The notes beneath the pieces are model-generated. The model was not told the origin of the DNA. It did no database searches and saw only the letters and a program-made list of their open reading frames with translations. DNA of 64,000 bases, taken from the IMG/VR virus record IMGVR_UViG_3300035698_029580; one strand, written 5' to 3'. The DNA is from a virus (taxonomy: Duplodnaviria; Caudoviricetes). Below, piece by piece: positions 28,229-38,116 of the stretch. Numbering within the stretch: the first letter of the stretch is position 1; the number at the start of each line of letters is the position of its first letter. The position numbers and the translations under genes were made by a program.

Positions 28229-28798
28229 TTATACTTCTCCGTGATAATAAAAGAATACTGATGCTTCTGTAGGAATCCCACCGTTACCAGCATAAATTGT
28301 TAAAATATTATTTTTAGGTATAATTATAGCTGCTGGCCAGGTATAGATATGGTCAACATCATCTGCTGGAACTCTTAATCTATCAAATAAAGTTCCTCCT
28401 GACATTCCAGTTATTCTATCTGCTCCTAAAAATGTTCCATCTGCTACTTTGCCTGAATTTAAATTCATATTAACTGGAGTTGCTGTATTTCCTCCTACCG
28501 GAGTTCCAGATTGATTAAAGTATATATCTATATATTCTGCTGCCTCTGCCCACATTCTTACTTCTGTTATAATTAAATCGTTATCGCTTGTATTTTTAAT
28601 ATAAAATATGCAAGGAGAACCTTCATCTGCACTTGGATTTTGGTCATCAGGTGTAAGTGGAGAGAATAAAATATAAGCATTTCCTTCTTCTTCATTTACA
28701 TGTTGTGCTTCTATTTGTGTAATAGCTCTAGTTGATAACTGATTTTCGCCGTCAACTTTCGCGGTTTTTCCCGATCCTGTTCCATCTTCAATAAGCAT
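28229..28798 (-). CDS. probable virion protein, IEDGxGxG family
   Basis: starts MLIEDGTGSGKTAKVD; paralogous to neighbours. Confidence 0.7.
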   Translation of the reverse strand: MLIEDGTGSGKTAKVDGENQLSTRAITQIEAQHVNEEEGNAYILFSPLTPDDQNPSADEGSPCIFYIKNTSDNDLIITEVRMWAEAAEYIDIYFNQSGTPVGGNTATPVNMNLNSGKVADGTFLGADRITGMSGGTLFDRLRVPADDVDHIYTWPAAIIIPKNNILTIYAGNGGIPTEASVFFYYHGEV

Positions 28799-28817
28799 AA
28801 TAATATTCTCCTTTTAA

Positions 28818-29393
28818 TTAACTTACATCTTCTTCATACCAGATTACAGTTGCTCTGGTTTTGGTTCCTAAAGTAGCTGCTGACACTTTAATGGCAAATA
28901 TTTTATTTTTTACTAAAATTACTGTGCCTTTAAAATCAACATTATATGTATTTATACCTGATAGTCTTAAGGTATAAACTGCATTTCCACCAGATATAGA
29001 TAAGGGAGTTCCATCATTATTCTGTTTACAAGTTGTTTCTGAGGAAATTGCTGAGCTAGTATTTGTGTTAACTGCCACTTTGGTATCTCCTCCTGAATAA
29101 GTGGTAGGATCTGTCCAAAATCCGAATTTAGTAAGTCCAGTGCCAGGTTCTTCTGTACATACGGATACTCCAGATATGAATAATCTATCACTTCCTGTGT
29201 ATAACACATATACTAATCCTTCTGCTGTTCCCCCTGCGGTTTGAGTACATGTAAAATTAGTCATAAATGCTTTTCCGGTAGTTCTAGCAATATAATAAAT
29301 TCTTTCTCCCATTTTGGCAGATACATCCAAACGATTATTTTCTGTTACATGGGCTTTATTTCCGGTTCCTTTTCCATCCTCAATTGTACTCAT
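28818..29393 (-). CDS. probable virion protein, IEDGxGxG family
   Basis: starts MSTIEDGKGTGNKAHV. Confidence 0.7.
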   Translation of the reverse strand: MSTIEDGKGTGNKAHVTENNRLDVSAKMGERIYYIARTTGKAFMTNFTCTQTAGGTAEGLVYVLYTGSDRLFISGVSVCTEEPGTGLTKFGFWTDPTTYSGGDTKVAVNTNTSSAISSETTCKQNNDGTPLSISGGNAVYTLRLSGINTYNVDFKGTVILVKNKIFAIKVSAATLGTKTRATVIWYEEDVS

Positions 29394-29421
29394 ATCTTTT
29401 CCTTATAATTTATTTTAAATT

Positions 29422-30009
29422 CTATAATGTTCTAACCCATAGTTCTGTAATAAACATTAAATTCATTGAAGTATTGCCAGTTGGTGGTATTATCTCAAAG
29501 CAAATATTTTTACCTTGAGGGATAATAATATCTCCTACCTCAATAAGTACTTTAATACCAGTTCCTACAATAGTAGAAAGAATTTGGGTTCCACCTGTTC
29601 TTGTATTTCCGGTAGCTCCTTTATAGAGGTTTCCAGAAGGTAAGTTGTTTAAACCTACATTACGGCTTTGCATCATATCCACATCTGTTGCTCCGCTTAC
29701 AATTGTTCCACCTGTTATATTTTTATAAACATTAACAGTACAATCTCCTGCACCACCTGTAGTTCCTCGAAGTAAATAAATAATTTGAGGAATAACCATG
29801 TCTTCTGAACCCGTATTATCTATATATAGAATTGGTGTTGTTGTATCATTGGTAAGATTGATTGTGCCTGTATTAACATTAAATGCATCACCACTAATTA
29901 CAGCAAATTCTTTATATCCTTCTGTATACGCATGAGTAACAAGTTGATTATTAACATCTATAGATGCTTTTTTTCCTGTCCCTTTGCCATCTTCTATAAT
30001 AATTCCCAT
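29422..30009 (-). CDS. probable virion protein, IEDGxGxG family
   Basis: starts MGIIIEDGKGTGKKASI. Confidence 0.7.
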   Translation of the reverse strand: MGIIIEDGKGTGKKASIDVNNQLVTHAYTEGYKEFAVISGDAFNVNTGTINLTNDTTTPILYIDNTGSEDMVIPQIIYLLRGTTGGAGDCTVNVYKNITGGTIVSGATDVDMMQSRNVGLNNLPSGNLYKGATGNTRTGGTQILSTIVGTGIKVLIEVGDIIIPQGKNICFEIIPPTGNTSMNLMFITELWVRTL

Positions 30010-30023
30010 ATTTTATTTCCTAT

Positions 30024-30251
30024 TTAATCTTTATCTCTATAGCCTCTGGCATCTTGTTCGCATAATTTTGTATTAGTCAACATTTCTAATTGTATATTAA
30101 ATTTTGTTAATTCTTTTAGGATTTTTTGAAATAGCATCATTTCTTCTATAGAAATAGTTAGAATTTCATTATTTCCTTCACCTGCTATTCCTATTGGTCT
30201 AGCAGTTGAATCTTTATCTGTTCCAAATCCTAATACATTCTTATTTGTCAT
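30024..30251 (-). CDS. small protein homologous to the C-terminus of 30275-30907
   Basis: PIGIAGEGNNEILT...ELTKFNIQ versus PVGISGEENNEVLT...ELIKANIQ. Confidence 0.75.
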   Translation of the reverse strand: MTNKNVLGFGTDKDSTARPIGIAGEGNNEILTISIEEMMLFQKILKELTKFNIQLEMLTNTKLCEQDARGYRDKD

Positions 30252-30274
30252 TTTATTTTTTTATCAAAAAACCT

Positions 30275-30907
30275 TTAATTGTCTTGAGTAGTAATATGAA
30301 CTTCTCTATCTCGTATCTCATTGCCTGTAATTATAGCCATTTGAATATTTGCTTTTATTAGTTCTACATAAATTTCTTCTAAAACTGTTTTGACATCTAA
30401 GTCCATGGTTAGGACTTCATTATTTTCTTCTCCTGATATTCCTACAGGAGCGGCTTCATCATCTATATCTTTTCCGTATAAAATAGCACCTTTTGTATCA
30501 TCTGTTATTTCTTGACCTGGAGTAACGGGAGTAACGGTTGCCTCATCAATTTCTTCATCGGTTTCATCTTTTGTATAATAGTTGGTTAAATCTGTTTCAA
30601 AATCTTTTCTTAGGTCTTCTAATTCATTCATTTCTACGCTTGTTACGGCATCTGCTGCTTCTGTTTTTTCTATTTGGTGATCTACTTTATCTACTTGTTT
30701 ATTAAGTTTAATCCATTTTACTTTTACTAATCTTATTAGGTCTTTGGATTCATTTATTTTTTCTTTTTTAGCAAACTGTAATAGGTCGTGTTGTTGTCCT
30801 GGAGCAAAGGTAGGAACTCTTGGTAAATCTCCTATGGAGAGTATTCTTCCGCTTTTATTTTTAGCCAGCCATTTTTCTCTTTGTGTATTAACTATAATTT
30901 TTGTCAT
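30275..30907 (-). CDS. probable virion adaptor protein sharing its N-terminal domain with 7955-9595
   Basis: WLAKNKSGRILSIGDLPRVPTFAPG...HDLL. Confidence 0.75.
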   Translation of the reverse strand: MTKIIVNTQREKWLAKNKSGRILSIGDLPRVPTFAPGQQHDLLQFAKKEKINESKDLIRLVKVKWIKLNKQVDKVDHQIEKTEAADAVTSVEMNELEDLRKDFETDLTNYYTKDETDEEIDEATVTPVTPGQEITDDTKGAILYGKDIDDEAAPVGISGEENNEVLTMDLDVKTVLEEIYVELIKANIQMAIITGNEIRDREVHITTQDN

Positions 30908-30918
30908 ATTTTTATAAC

Positions 30919-31158
30919 TTAGGGTATAGGATAATTATTAACTTGAGGTTCTGAATCATCTGATCCTTCTGCGGGTACATCGGATTCACAGAACATACCT
31001 CTAACATCATTAGTATATTTTCTTAATTGTAGCCAATATTTGTGAATATTATTAAAATCTGACCAAGTTCCCGAAGGATTATCGACTAGGGTCATAACTG
31101 TATTTATCCAACTTACTGGTAATCTTCTATCATTATATTCGCATTGTCTTTTTGACAT
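30919..31158 (-). CDS. hypothetical protein
   Basis: 79-aa ORF in operon. Confidence 0.7.
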   Translation of the reverse strand: MSKRQCEYNDRRLPVSWINTVMTLVDNPSGTWSDFNNIHKYWLQLRKYTNDVRGMFCESDVPAEGSDDSEPQVNNYPIP

Positions 31159-31163
31159 AATTT

Positions 31164-31772
31164 TTAAATCTCAATTGCTGATTTTAGCATATTTTTTAAA
31201 GAAACATTTGATTTATACCAACCAAGGGGCATATCTGAAAAATATGTATTTAAATAATTTTTGTAAACGTTATACCAATTTTCTCTTTTTACTTCTGATA
31301 TTTTTTTCATTTTAGAAAGGTTAAATCCAGTTGTTTTGCGTGCATATTCTTCTGCATCTTTATGTACCATATTTAATTCTTCTATATTTTCTGGAATTGG
31401 TCCCCAATGCAATAATTTTTTATCTTTAGATATTGCCCAAAAATTTAAATTATCTTGTTTTACGTCAAGTAAGTTTTGGCTAAATTTGATTGCTTTTGGA
31501 CAATACCCTTGTTCTTCTAAATATTCTTTTTTTCCATGAAGTTTAATAATATCATTATTTATAGCTAGAAGATCTTCTGAGAGGAAATTAGCTTTTACTA
31601 CGATATCGATGTTTTTGATACGGTAATGAGGATTATTTTTATGAGTAACGTAATCTCCCGAGACATAAGCTTTTTTCAAATGAGGTATTATTTTTAATTC
31701 TTCAGTTAATTTACTCAGGGATTTAGTAACTTCTTTTATACTGGGCATACACTTGTCATACCATTGAAACAT
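31164..31772 (-). CDS. degenerate nucleotidyltransferase-fold protein
   Basis: AYVSGDY...NIDIVV resembles the GS/DxD signature; starts MFQWYDK. Confidence 0.5.
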   Translation of the reverse strand: MFQWYDKCMPSIKEVTKSLSKLTEELKIIPHLKKAYVSGDYVTHKNNPHYRIKNIDIVVKANFLSEDLLAINNDIIKLHGKKEYLEEQGYCPKAIKFSQNLLDVKQDNLNFWAISKDKKLLHWGPIPENIEELNMVHKDAEEYARKTTGFNLSKMKKISEVKRENWYNVYKNYLNTYFSDMPLGWYKSNVSLKNMLKSAIEI

Positions 31773-31850
31773 TTATTAATCCTTATATTTCTATTATTAT
31801 ATTCGATATTTTTGTTTATATTCCTTGATTTGTGTTTTTTTATTGTTTAA

Positions 31851-31891
31851 CCTAAAGAGAAATCCCCTTCTTTTAGGGGGAGGTAGTTCAC
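31851..31891 (+). mobile_element. solo IS200/IS605-type end hairpin, second family
   Basis: GAAATCCCCTTCTTTTAGGGGGAGGTAGTTCAC: hairpin plus TCAC terminus. Confidence 0.55.
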
Positions 31892-31932
31892 TAGTGCATC
31901 TTGTCGATATATGAACAGGTAAGGAGTTGACC

Positions 31933-32433
31933 ATGGAAATGACAGAGCAAAAATATGATACTTATGTTTTAACGTCATCTATAGAAAAACAAATAGTTGA
32001 ACGTGGGTACAATATGTTTTTGACTATTTTTAAAGAAAAAATTAAAGCACCTGAAGAAGGGACTGTAAACAAATCAGACCATATTGTTAAAAAAGAAGTA
32101 GAAGGAATGTATGTTAGTAATGAGGGTTATTTAGCTGTTATTTCTAAGAAAAATAATAAATGGGATAGTTTTGAAGCATATCCTATTTTAGATGAAAAAT
32201 TTATAGGTGAACCTTGTATTATATCTGTTTTTTTAGAAAGAAATTATTCTAAATGTCGTAGGGGAAAATGGTTTAAATGGAATGATCGTCAGTTTAAAAA
32301 GTTAAAAATTGATGAAATACAAAAATTTTTACATAATAAAGTATTTTTAAGTTGGCCAGACAAAAATGACAAATACAGTGATTTGAAATGCAAAATAAAA
32401 AAATTTAGAAGATTTACGAATGCCACCCGATAA
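31933..32433 (+). CDS. hypothetical protein
   Basis: ORF with AAGGAG RBS. Confidence 0.75.
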   Translation: MEMTEQKYDTYVLTSSIEKQIVERGYNMFLTIFKEKIKAPEEGTVNKSDHIVKKEVEGMYVSNEGYLAVISKKNNKWDSFEAYPILDEKFIGEPCIISVFLERNYSKCRRGKWFKWNDRQFKKLKIDEIQKFLHNKVFLSWPDKNDKYSDLKCKIKKFRRFTNATR

Positions 32434-32773
32434 TAATTCAAAAATACCAGAGTCTTTTAACGAAAGAGTATCCTATCCATTTTTGTGGTACAAATCTGAT
32501 GATGATAGTTTAATTTACTTAGAAAAGGAGGAGGCTCATTATTTTGAAAAGATGAATAATTATTTATCTTTAATAATGGCTTGTGATGACAGTAAAGTGA
32601 TAGGTTTTCAGTTAAAACAAGCTAAAACCATTTTAGAAGCCATAAATAAAGGGACCATTGTTGATAAAATGGGACTTAATAATCAATCAAAATATTCTCC
32701 TCGTAGTCCTTCTGATGAAGAACCAAGTGTATTTGATAAAATGAAAGAAACAGATAATGCAGATGAACGTTGA
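32420..32773 (+). CDS. hypothetical protein (DUF2283-like pattern)
   Basis: YxxDDDSLIY...VIGFQL. Confidence 0.6.
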   Translation: MPPDNNSKIPESFNERVSYPFLWYKSDDDSLIYLEKEEAHYFEKMNNYLSLIMACDDSKVIGFQLKQAKTILEAINKGTIVDKMGLNNQSKYSPRSPSDEEPSVFDKMKETDNADER

Positions 32774-32984
32774 TAAATCGGACGATACTTATATTTACAA
32801 GATGTCTATTAGTAATGAAGAATTAAAACCAAAAACTTTGGTTAATTTAATAAAATTTGCGATAGATAGAATAACTGGTGAGGACTGTTCTGTAAAGGTA
32901 CAGACTCTCAATAATGAATTTAGACTAGAAATACAGAAACCTTTAGGAGATAAATATGATAGACATAAAGAAACTTTTAGATGA
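32757..32984 (+). CDS. hypothetical protein
   Basis: 75-aa coupled ORF. Confidence 0.65.
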   Translation: MQMNVDKSDDTYIYKMSISNEELKPKTLVNLIKFAIDRITGEDCSVKVQTLNNEFRLEIQKPLGDKYDRHKETFR

Positions 32985-33705
32985 TATTAATTTGCCTTTT
33001 ATGTTAGCAGAGCAAATTATGGGAATTATTAGTAAACGTAGTAACCCTGAGAATATGTATTGTGATTTTCATTACAATGCTAATAGTAATTCTATGACAG
33101 ATAATAAGCAAAATACTTTTTTTAAATGTGATCTGACACCAGAGGATGGATTTTTAAATGAATTTAAAACAGAATTATTTTCTGACGAATTTGCAAATCT
33201 TTCTGAAGAAGACCCAAGTATTAACGACAAGATAAAAAAAGTATTTGTTGCTGTTTCCGATATAATCAGCACTAGATATAGTGATGTTTGTCGAGATATT
33301 ATAAGAAAAAATTGTATGCCCACCTCTAAACCAGAAAATATGCCACTTTCTAATATAGAAGTTAAAGAAATGGAAATTGTAGATACATCTGCTATATACT
33401 CTCCTCCTGGACCATATATACTTAGTAATCCACCTCATTCTGAAATTTACTTGTCTCATCGGCACAATACGAGTATAAAAGAAAGAATGAAAGATCTTAT
33501 GGCTTATATTGCAGATAAAAATGAGAAAACTGGAAAATCATTTTTAGAAATATTTAACGAAGATAAAAAGGGAACCGACCGGCCTGAGTGTTTCTGGTGG
33601 GTATCTCCGGAAGCTTCATTCCGTAAAATTGATTGGGATTTAATCGTTTATTTCTTTGTTGATTATAGATTAGACAAACCTTTGGAGAAACCTGTTGATG
33701 CCTAA
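32956..33705 (+). CDS. hypothetical protein
   Basis: 249-aa ORF with AGGAG RBS. Confidence 0.75.
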   Translation: MIDIKKLLDDINLPFMLAEQIMGIISKRSNPENMYCDFHYNANSNSMTDNKQNTFFKCDLTPEDGFLNEFKTELFSDEFANLSEEDPSINDKIKKVFVAVSDIISTRYSDVCRDIIRKNCMPTSKPENMPLSNIEVKEMEIVDTSAIYSPPGPYILSNPPHSEIYLSHRHNTSIKERMKDLMAYIADKNEKTGKSFLEIFNEDKKGTDRPECFWWVSPEASFRKIDWDLIVYFFVDYRLDKPLEKPVDA

Positions 33706-33766
33706 TGATGAAAAAAATAATTTATGGGAAATAAAAAATAAATCTGATATTAAAAAAAATGGTTAT

Positions 33767-34079
33767 AAATAAGGTCTAAGAAAACCCCAAAGCTTGCCTT
33801 AGGGGACGAATTGCTAACTAAAAAATCTCAAGTTCTTTGAAAAGTGAGTATTTCATTAAGGCTTTTTAAATTTTTTAGTCGATACTTATATATGATATGA
33901 TAACCAAGTATCAAAAAAGAAAATATAGAAACTACCGTAGGGCATACGGGAAGTAACGCCTGTGGAGATGATAAGGTTACAGAACCACTTTGTGGTTCAG
34001 TGGTCGTCTGTGAAACAGGAAAAAGAATTCTTAATTTAGTTTAAGAAGAAGCCCCAAGGCTTGCCTTGGGGAGTGTCAC
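33767..34079 (+). mobile_element. 313-bp non-autonomous IS200/IS605-family element (no tnpA or tnpB)
   Basis: inserted 3' of TTAT with no target duplication; left hairpin AAACCCCAAAGCTTGCCTTAGGGG; right hairpin GCCCCAAGGCTTGCCTTGGGGAGTGTCAC. Confidence 0.85.
33934..34079 (+). ncRNA. TnpB omegaRNA (reRNA)-like scaffold
   Basis: ACCGTAGGGCATACGGGAA...AACGCCTGTGGAGA...GAAACAGGAA...GAAGCCCC...TCAC, typical of the 3' end of tnpB-carrying IS elements. Confidence 0.7.
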
Positions 34080-34224
34080 TTGCTTAAAATTGCTCAGGAA
34101 ATAAGCTCTGAAAAGCTTACTGATGAAGAAAAAGTACAATTTAAAGAAATGATAGATATATTAAAAAAATCATAAGTTCTTTATTTGCAGTAAGATATAT
34201 AATATTCTTCTTCTTATATTATTA

Positions 34225-34260
34225 TTTTCCAGCATTATAATTTTTGCTGTATAATACTAT
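34225..34260 (+). promoter_or_regulatory. dispersed copy of the TTTTCCAGCATTA early promoter, upstream of ligA
   Basis: exact 13-mer plus TATAAT. Confidence 0.75.
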
Positions 34261-34303
34261 GTGAGATGGTGTTTTTTTAAAAATTTATTTTTAGGAAGTA
34301 AAA

Positions 34304-36379
34304 ATGAAAAATGTAGATTTGTTTGCTGAAGATGTTCCGGAAGAGGCTATAGAGTTAGAAGTAATAATTGCCAAATTAGACGAAATGTATGAAAGTGGGG
34401 ACGATTGTATACATCCTATCACTGGGGAATCCGTAACTGACAATGAATATGATTTTTTCAAGAAAAAATTATTTTTAATTTATCCTGAGTCTCATGTATT
34501 TCATAAAGTTGTTTCTGGGATAAAGAACAGGGGAAGAAATAAAATAAAACATGATCCTCCTATGACATCTATTGACAAATGCAATGGAACAGAAGATGAA
34601 AAAGGAAAAATTTTAAAGAAATGGCTTGGGGAACGTATACCATTTAATAAAGTTTTAGAAAAAAATATTTTTTGTATGTCTTTGAAGTATGATGGTATAG
34701 CATTATCTCTCACATATAAAGATGGTAAATTAAAAACAGCAGCTTTACGATCTGATGGTATAATGGGAGAAGATGTCACTGCATCAGTCAAACATATAGA
34801 TGGTATTTCATTGAAATTACCTATTTCTATCAGTTGTACTATAAGGGGAGAAGTTATTTGTCTCAAATCTGAATTTTTAAAAGTTAACAAAAAATTAGAG
34901 CAAGAGGGAATGCCAATTAAGGCAAATCCTAGAAATCATGCTGTCGGTGTTCTTCATAGAGAGAATTCTGATGAAGTAAAAGATATGGGGTTGAAGTTTG
35001 TAGCATATAATATTATTGATTTTAAAGATGCTCCCTATGAAACTGAGATTGAGAGGGCTAATTGGGCTGTTGAAAATTTAAATCTTAATTATATTCGTAT
35101 TGTACCATTTGATTATTTTCTTTTGGAGAAATGGGAAGAAACCCATCGGCAGTTGGATTTTCTTGTAGATGGAATTGTTATAGCAGCAAACAATATAAAA
35201 CATCAAGAAGGGTTGGGTACTACTGGAAGTTCGGCTACAGGCAATCCCAAGGGGAAAATAGCATATAAATTTGCTGATGAAGTAAAAAAGGTTGTTGTCA
35301 AAGATATTATATGGGATACTGGTAGGACCGGTCATATAACACCTGTTTTACATTTTGATGGTGTTAATCTTGAGGGAACAGTTGTTTCTAAATGTACTGC
35401 TCATAATTCTGGTGTAGTTATAAATGAGAAGATTGGGATTGGTTCAGTAATTGAAGTTATTAAGTCTGGTAAAATTATTCCAAAGTTGAAACGAGTTGTT
35501 AGAAGTAAGGGCTTTTCTGGTTTGCCGGATAAATGTCCTGTTTGCGATAGTACTCTTCATAGGGTGAGTGGTAAAGATGAAGCACAAAGTCTCTTTTGTA
35601 GGAATTCAAATTGTCCTTCTCAAGTAATAAAAAATGTTATTCATTATTTAAACATAATAGGGATCAAAGGGGTTGGTGAATACGTTCTTAATAAAATAAG
35701 TGAACATGCTAAAAGTTTGAATATTAATCTTTTATATTCTTTAAGTTATCAACAATTAATTGATGAATTTGGAATAAGTCCAAGAACAGCATTGTTAACG
35801 GTAGCAAGAATTAATATGATTTCTTCTGCGGAAAAAATGGAAGATGATGAATTAAAATCTGAGATTAAAAAAATATTTAATAAAAAGAAAAAAATTCCTA
35901 TTGCCACATTTTTTGCTGCTTTAGGGATAAATGAGGCTGGAAAAGAGGCTGGTAAATTATTATCTAATCATTTTGGTAATTGGGCACAGATTAGGAATGC
36001 CTCTGCAATAAGTTTAGAAAATATTGCAGGAATTGGACCTATCTCAGCAAAAAATATTTGTGAATTTTTTCAAAATTGGGGAGAAGGTATTGATGATTTA
36101 TTGGAAAATTACGTTGAATTGGAATTACCATCAAAAGGAATTTTAACTGGAAAAAGTTTTGTCTTTACAGGTGGCTTTCCTGGTGGTAAAAAGAAATGGC
36201 AATTAGAAGTAGAAAAAGCCGGAGGACAGATTAAAGGCAGTGTTTCCAAACAAGTGGATTTTGTTGTGGCTGGAACGGACTCTGGTAATAAATCCAAAAA
36301 AGCTAAAGAACTTAAGATAGAAATAATTGATATTAATGAATTACAGGATTTATTAAAAGTTAGGAGTTTCAATGTTTGA
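34304..36379 (+). CDS. ligA: NAD+-dependent DNA ligase
   Basis: KYDG adenylation motif, RGEV, NPRN, DGIV, AYKF, GRTG, C4 zinc finger, HhH and BRCT. Confidence 0.96.
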   Translation: MKNVDLFAEDVPEEAIELEVIIAKLDEMYESGDDCIHPITGESVTDNEYDFFKKKLFLIYPESHVFHKVVSGIKNRGRNKIKHDPPMTSIDKCNGTEDEKGKILKKWLGERIPFNKVLEKNIFCMSLKYDGIALSLTYKDGKLKTAALRSDGIMGEDVTASVKHIDGISLKLPISISCTIRGEVICLKSEFLKVNKKLEQEGMPIKANPRNHAVGVLHRENSDEVKDMGLKFVAYNIIDFKDAPYETEIERANWAVENLNLNYIRIVPFDYFLLEKWEETHRQLDFLVDGIVIAANNIKHQEGLGTTGSSATGNPKGKIAYKFADEVKKVVVKDIIWDTGRTGHITPVLHFDGVNLEGTVVSKCTAHNSGVVINEKIGIGSVIEVIKSGKIIPKLKRVVRSKGFSGLPDKCPVCDSTLHRVSGKDEAQSLFCRNSNCPSQVIKNVIHYLNIIGIKGVGEYVLNKISEHAKSLNINLLYSLSYQQLIDEFGISPRTALLTVARINMISSAEKMEDDELKSEIKKIFNKKKKIPIATFFAALGINEAGKEAGKLLSNHFGNWAQIRNASAISLENIAGIGPISAKNICEFFQNWGEGIDDLLENYVELELPSKGILTGKSFVFTGGFPGGKKKWQLEVEKAGGQIKGSVSKQVDFVVAGTDSGNKSKKAKELKIEIIDINELQDLLKVRSFNV

Positions 36380-37130
36380 AGATATGGTTATAAAATACTT
36401 TGATTGTGAATGTTTAGACAGAGATCATGCTATTCGTTTCATGTACTTTCCAGAAATAGACTCTGCTAAATCAGAATTATATCTAGGTCTTAAATTTGGC
36501 CGAAATTATTATACTAATTGGGTGCCAAATTTAATTGAGTTTTGGAGAATGGCTAAGGACATGTCTGTTGTGGAAGAAGATTATGTTAGTGAGATAAAAT
36601 GGTTTTGGAGTTATTTTTGGAGATTTTTATTTATAAAGCGTATTGCTTTGGGTTTTTATCATTTAATTAATAAAGATCACGAATTGGATGGATATGGTGA
36701 TACCATTATTTCTCATGGTGGTCCCCATAAATTGGCTGAATTTTTAGAAAAATATTGTAATGATTGTAAATATGAAGAAGAACATACAGAAAAATTACGT
36801 TTTTATGAAGTAGAAAATAATGAATTTATTTTACGTATTGGGTATGATAGAAAAGATATGTTTGATTTTAATTGGCATCCTGAGTTAGTTACCAGTAGAT
36901 TTTTTATTAAGAAAAAGTGGTATATTAGATTAAAACAGTTTTTCAAGTGTGTTTTTGGTACATATAGTCATACGGAAGACACATATGAAATAAGTCCTTC
37001 TCAAGCACATAAAATAGTTAATGTAATAAAAACACATCAAACAGAATTAATTGAAAGAAATAAAAAGTGGGAAAAAGAAAAAGAAACATTTAAGGGGGGA
37101 ATTTATGCAGCGAAAAATAAAAAAGTATGA
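36372..37130 (+). CDS. hypothetical protein with internal duplication
   Basis: 252-aa ORF; CECLDRDH. Confidence 0.7.
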   Translation: MFEDMVIKYFDCECLDRDHAIRFMYFPEIDSAKSELYLGLKFGRNYYTNWVPNLIEFWRMAKDMSVVEEDYVSEIKWFWSYFWRFLFIKRIALGFYHLINKDHELDGYGDTIISHGGPHKLAEFLEKYCNDCKYEEEHTEKLRFYEVENNEFILRIGYDRKDMFDFNWHPELVTSRFFIKKKWYIRLKQFFKCVFGTYSHTEDTYEISPSQAHKIVNVIKTHQTELIERNKKWEKEKETFKGGIYAAKNKKV

Positions 37131-37214
37131 TTTTCATTTAAAAGTGATTTTTTTAAGATATAATGAATGTCGTGTCAGATTTGAAAATTTTTTAGAAGAA
37201 AGGACAGAAGTATT

Positions 37215-37889
37215 ATGTTCAGTATCACAAAAGAAACGATTAATTGGTTAAGATTTAAGAAGAACATGTTTATTAAGAAAAATTTTAGGGCTGGTGTTCG
37301 TAGTGGCAGAATGGCAATAGAAAATGCTAAAGTAGAATTGGAGAAAATTGGATCTCGTATTTGTGAGTTTGCTGGGCACATAAAGGCACAGGAAAAGACT
37401 CTTGATGCATTAAAGGAAGAGTTAGGGAGATGGGAACAATTATCTGCCAAAGCAGTTGAGTCAAAGAATGAGAGTGATGTAAGAATAGCAGTAAAAAATA
37501 AATTTAGAATAGAAACTCACATTGCAGAGCTTGCTGACCAAATAAACAAAGATAATGAGATACTTCAGTCCATCCAGGCTCAACATAGAGAGCGACAAAA
37601 TAAGTTGTGTCAAGCTGAAAAGCATTTCTTACAGCTTTTAATTCGTAAGGAAAATGCTGCTATTCGTAAAGAAATGAAAGCAACAGAATGTGGAATTTCT
37701 TCTAGTTCTTCTTTTGCTCAATTGGATGATTTTGAAAAAGAGGTTAATAAAGAAGAGTGTGAGGTTGAGGCCATTGAGGAAATGGCAACTGTCACATCCG
37801 GAGAGTCTATTGCAGCACTGGAAGAAAAATATAATAGCAACGACGATATTACAATAGAAGATGAAGTAAAAAGATTATTAAATAAATAA
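37215..37889 (+). CDS. PspA/IM30 family coiled-coil protein
   Basis: WEQLSAKAVE...E.D.R.A, SSFAQLDDFEKEV...EA, LEEKY pattern; 224 aa. Confidence 0.8.
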   Translation: MFSITKETINWLRFKKNMFIKKNFRAGVRSGRMAIENAKVELEKIGSRICEFAGHIKAQEKTLDALKEELGRWEQLSAKAVESKNESDVRIAVKNKFRIETHIAELADQINKDNEILQSIQAQHRERQNKLCQAEKHFLQLLIRKENAAIRKEMKATECGISSSSSFAQLDDFEKEVNKEECEVEAIEEMATVTSGESIAALEEKYNSNDDITIEDEVKRLLNK

Positions 37890-37909
37890 TTTTTATAAAA
37901 TTGTTAAGT

Positions 37910-38116
37910 ATGAAAAACTCCCCTAAATTTAAGTTTAAGGTGGGGGATACTGTAAAGTACCATCCTCTCATAGGAGGGGAAGATGATGGAAAGGTATACA
38001 GGGTTGTTTTAGCTAGAGTTTTATGGCCGAACAACCCTGTATATCATCTTGAACATAGGGCAGGATGTGTAGTTGAAGCATCTTTGACAAAGATTAAAAC
38101 AAGAGAGAAAAAATGA
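37910..38116 (+). CDS. small SH3-like barrel protein
   Basis: KFKVGDTV...Y.L...E..L. Confidence 0.65.
   Translation: MKNSPKFKFKVGDTVKYHPLIGGEDDGKVYRVVLARVLWPNNPVYHLEHRAGCVVEASLTKIKTREKK

Larger units (their letters stand above)
33698..34175 (+). pseudogene. 54-aa gene interrupted by a non-autonomous IS element
   Basis: removing 33767-34079 restores MPNDEKNNLWEIKNKSDIKKNGY|LLKIAQEISSEKLTDEEKVQFKEMIDILKKS* in frame. Confidence 0.7.

Noticed and set aside
33767-34079. IStron (intron-IS chimera) that would splice out and restore the gene
   Set aside because: No recognisable group I intron core between the ends; the interior is short and AT-rich.
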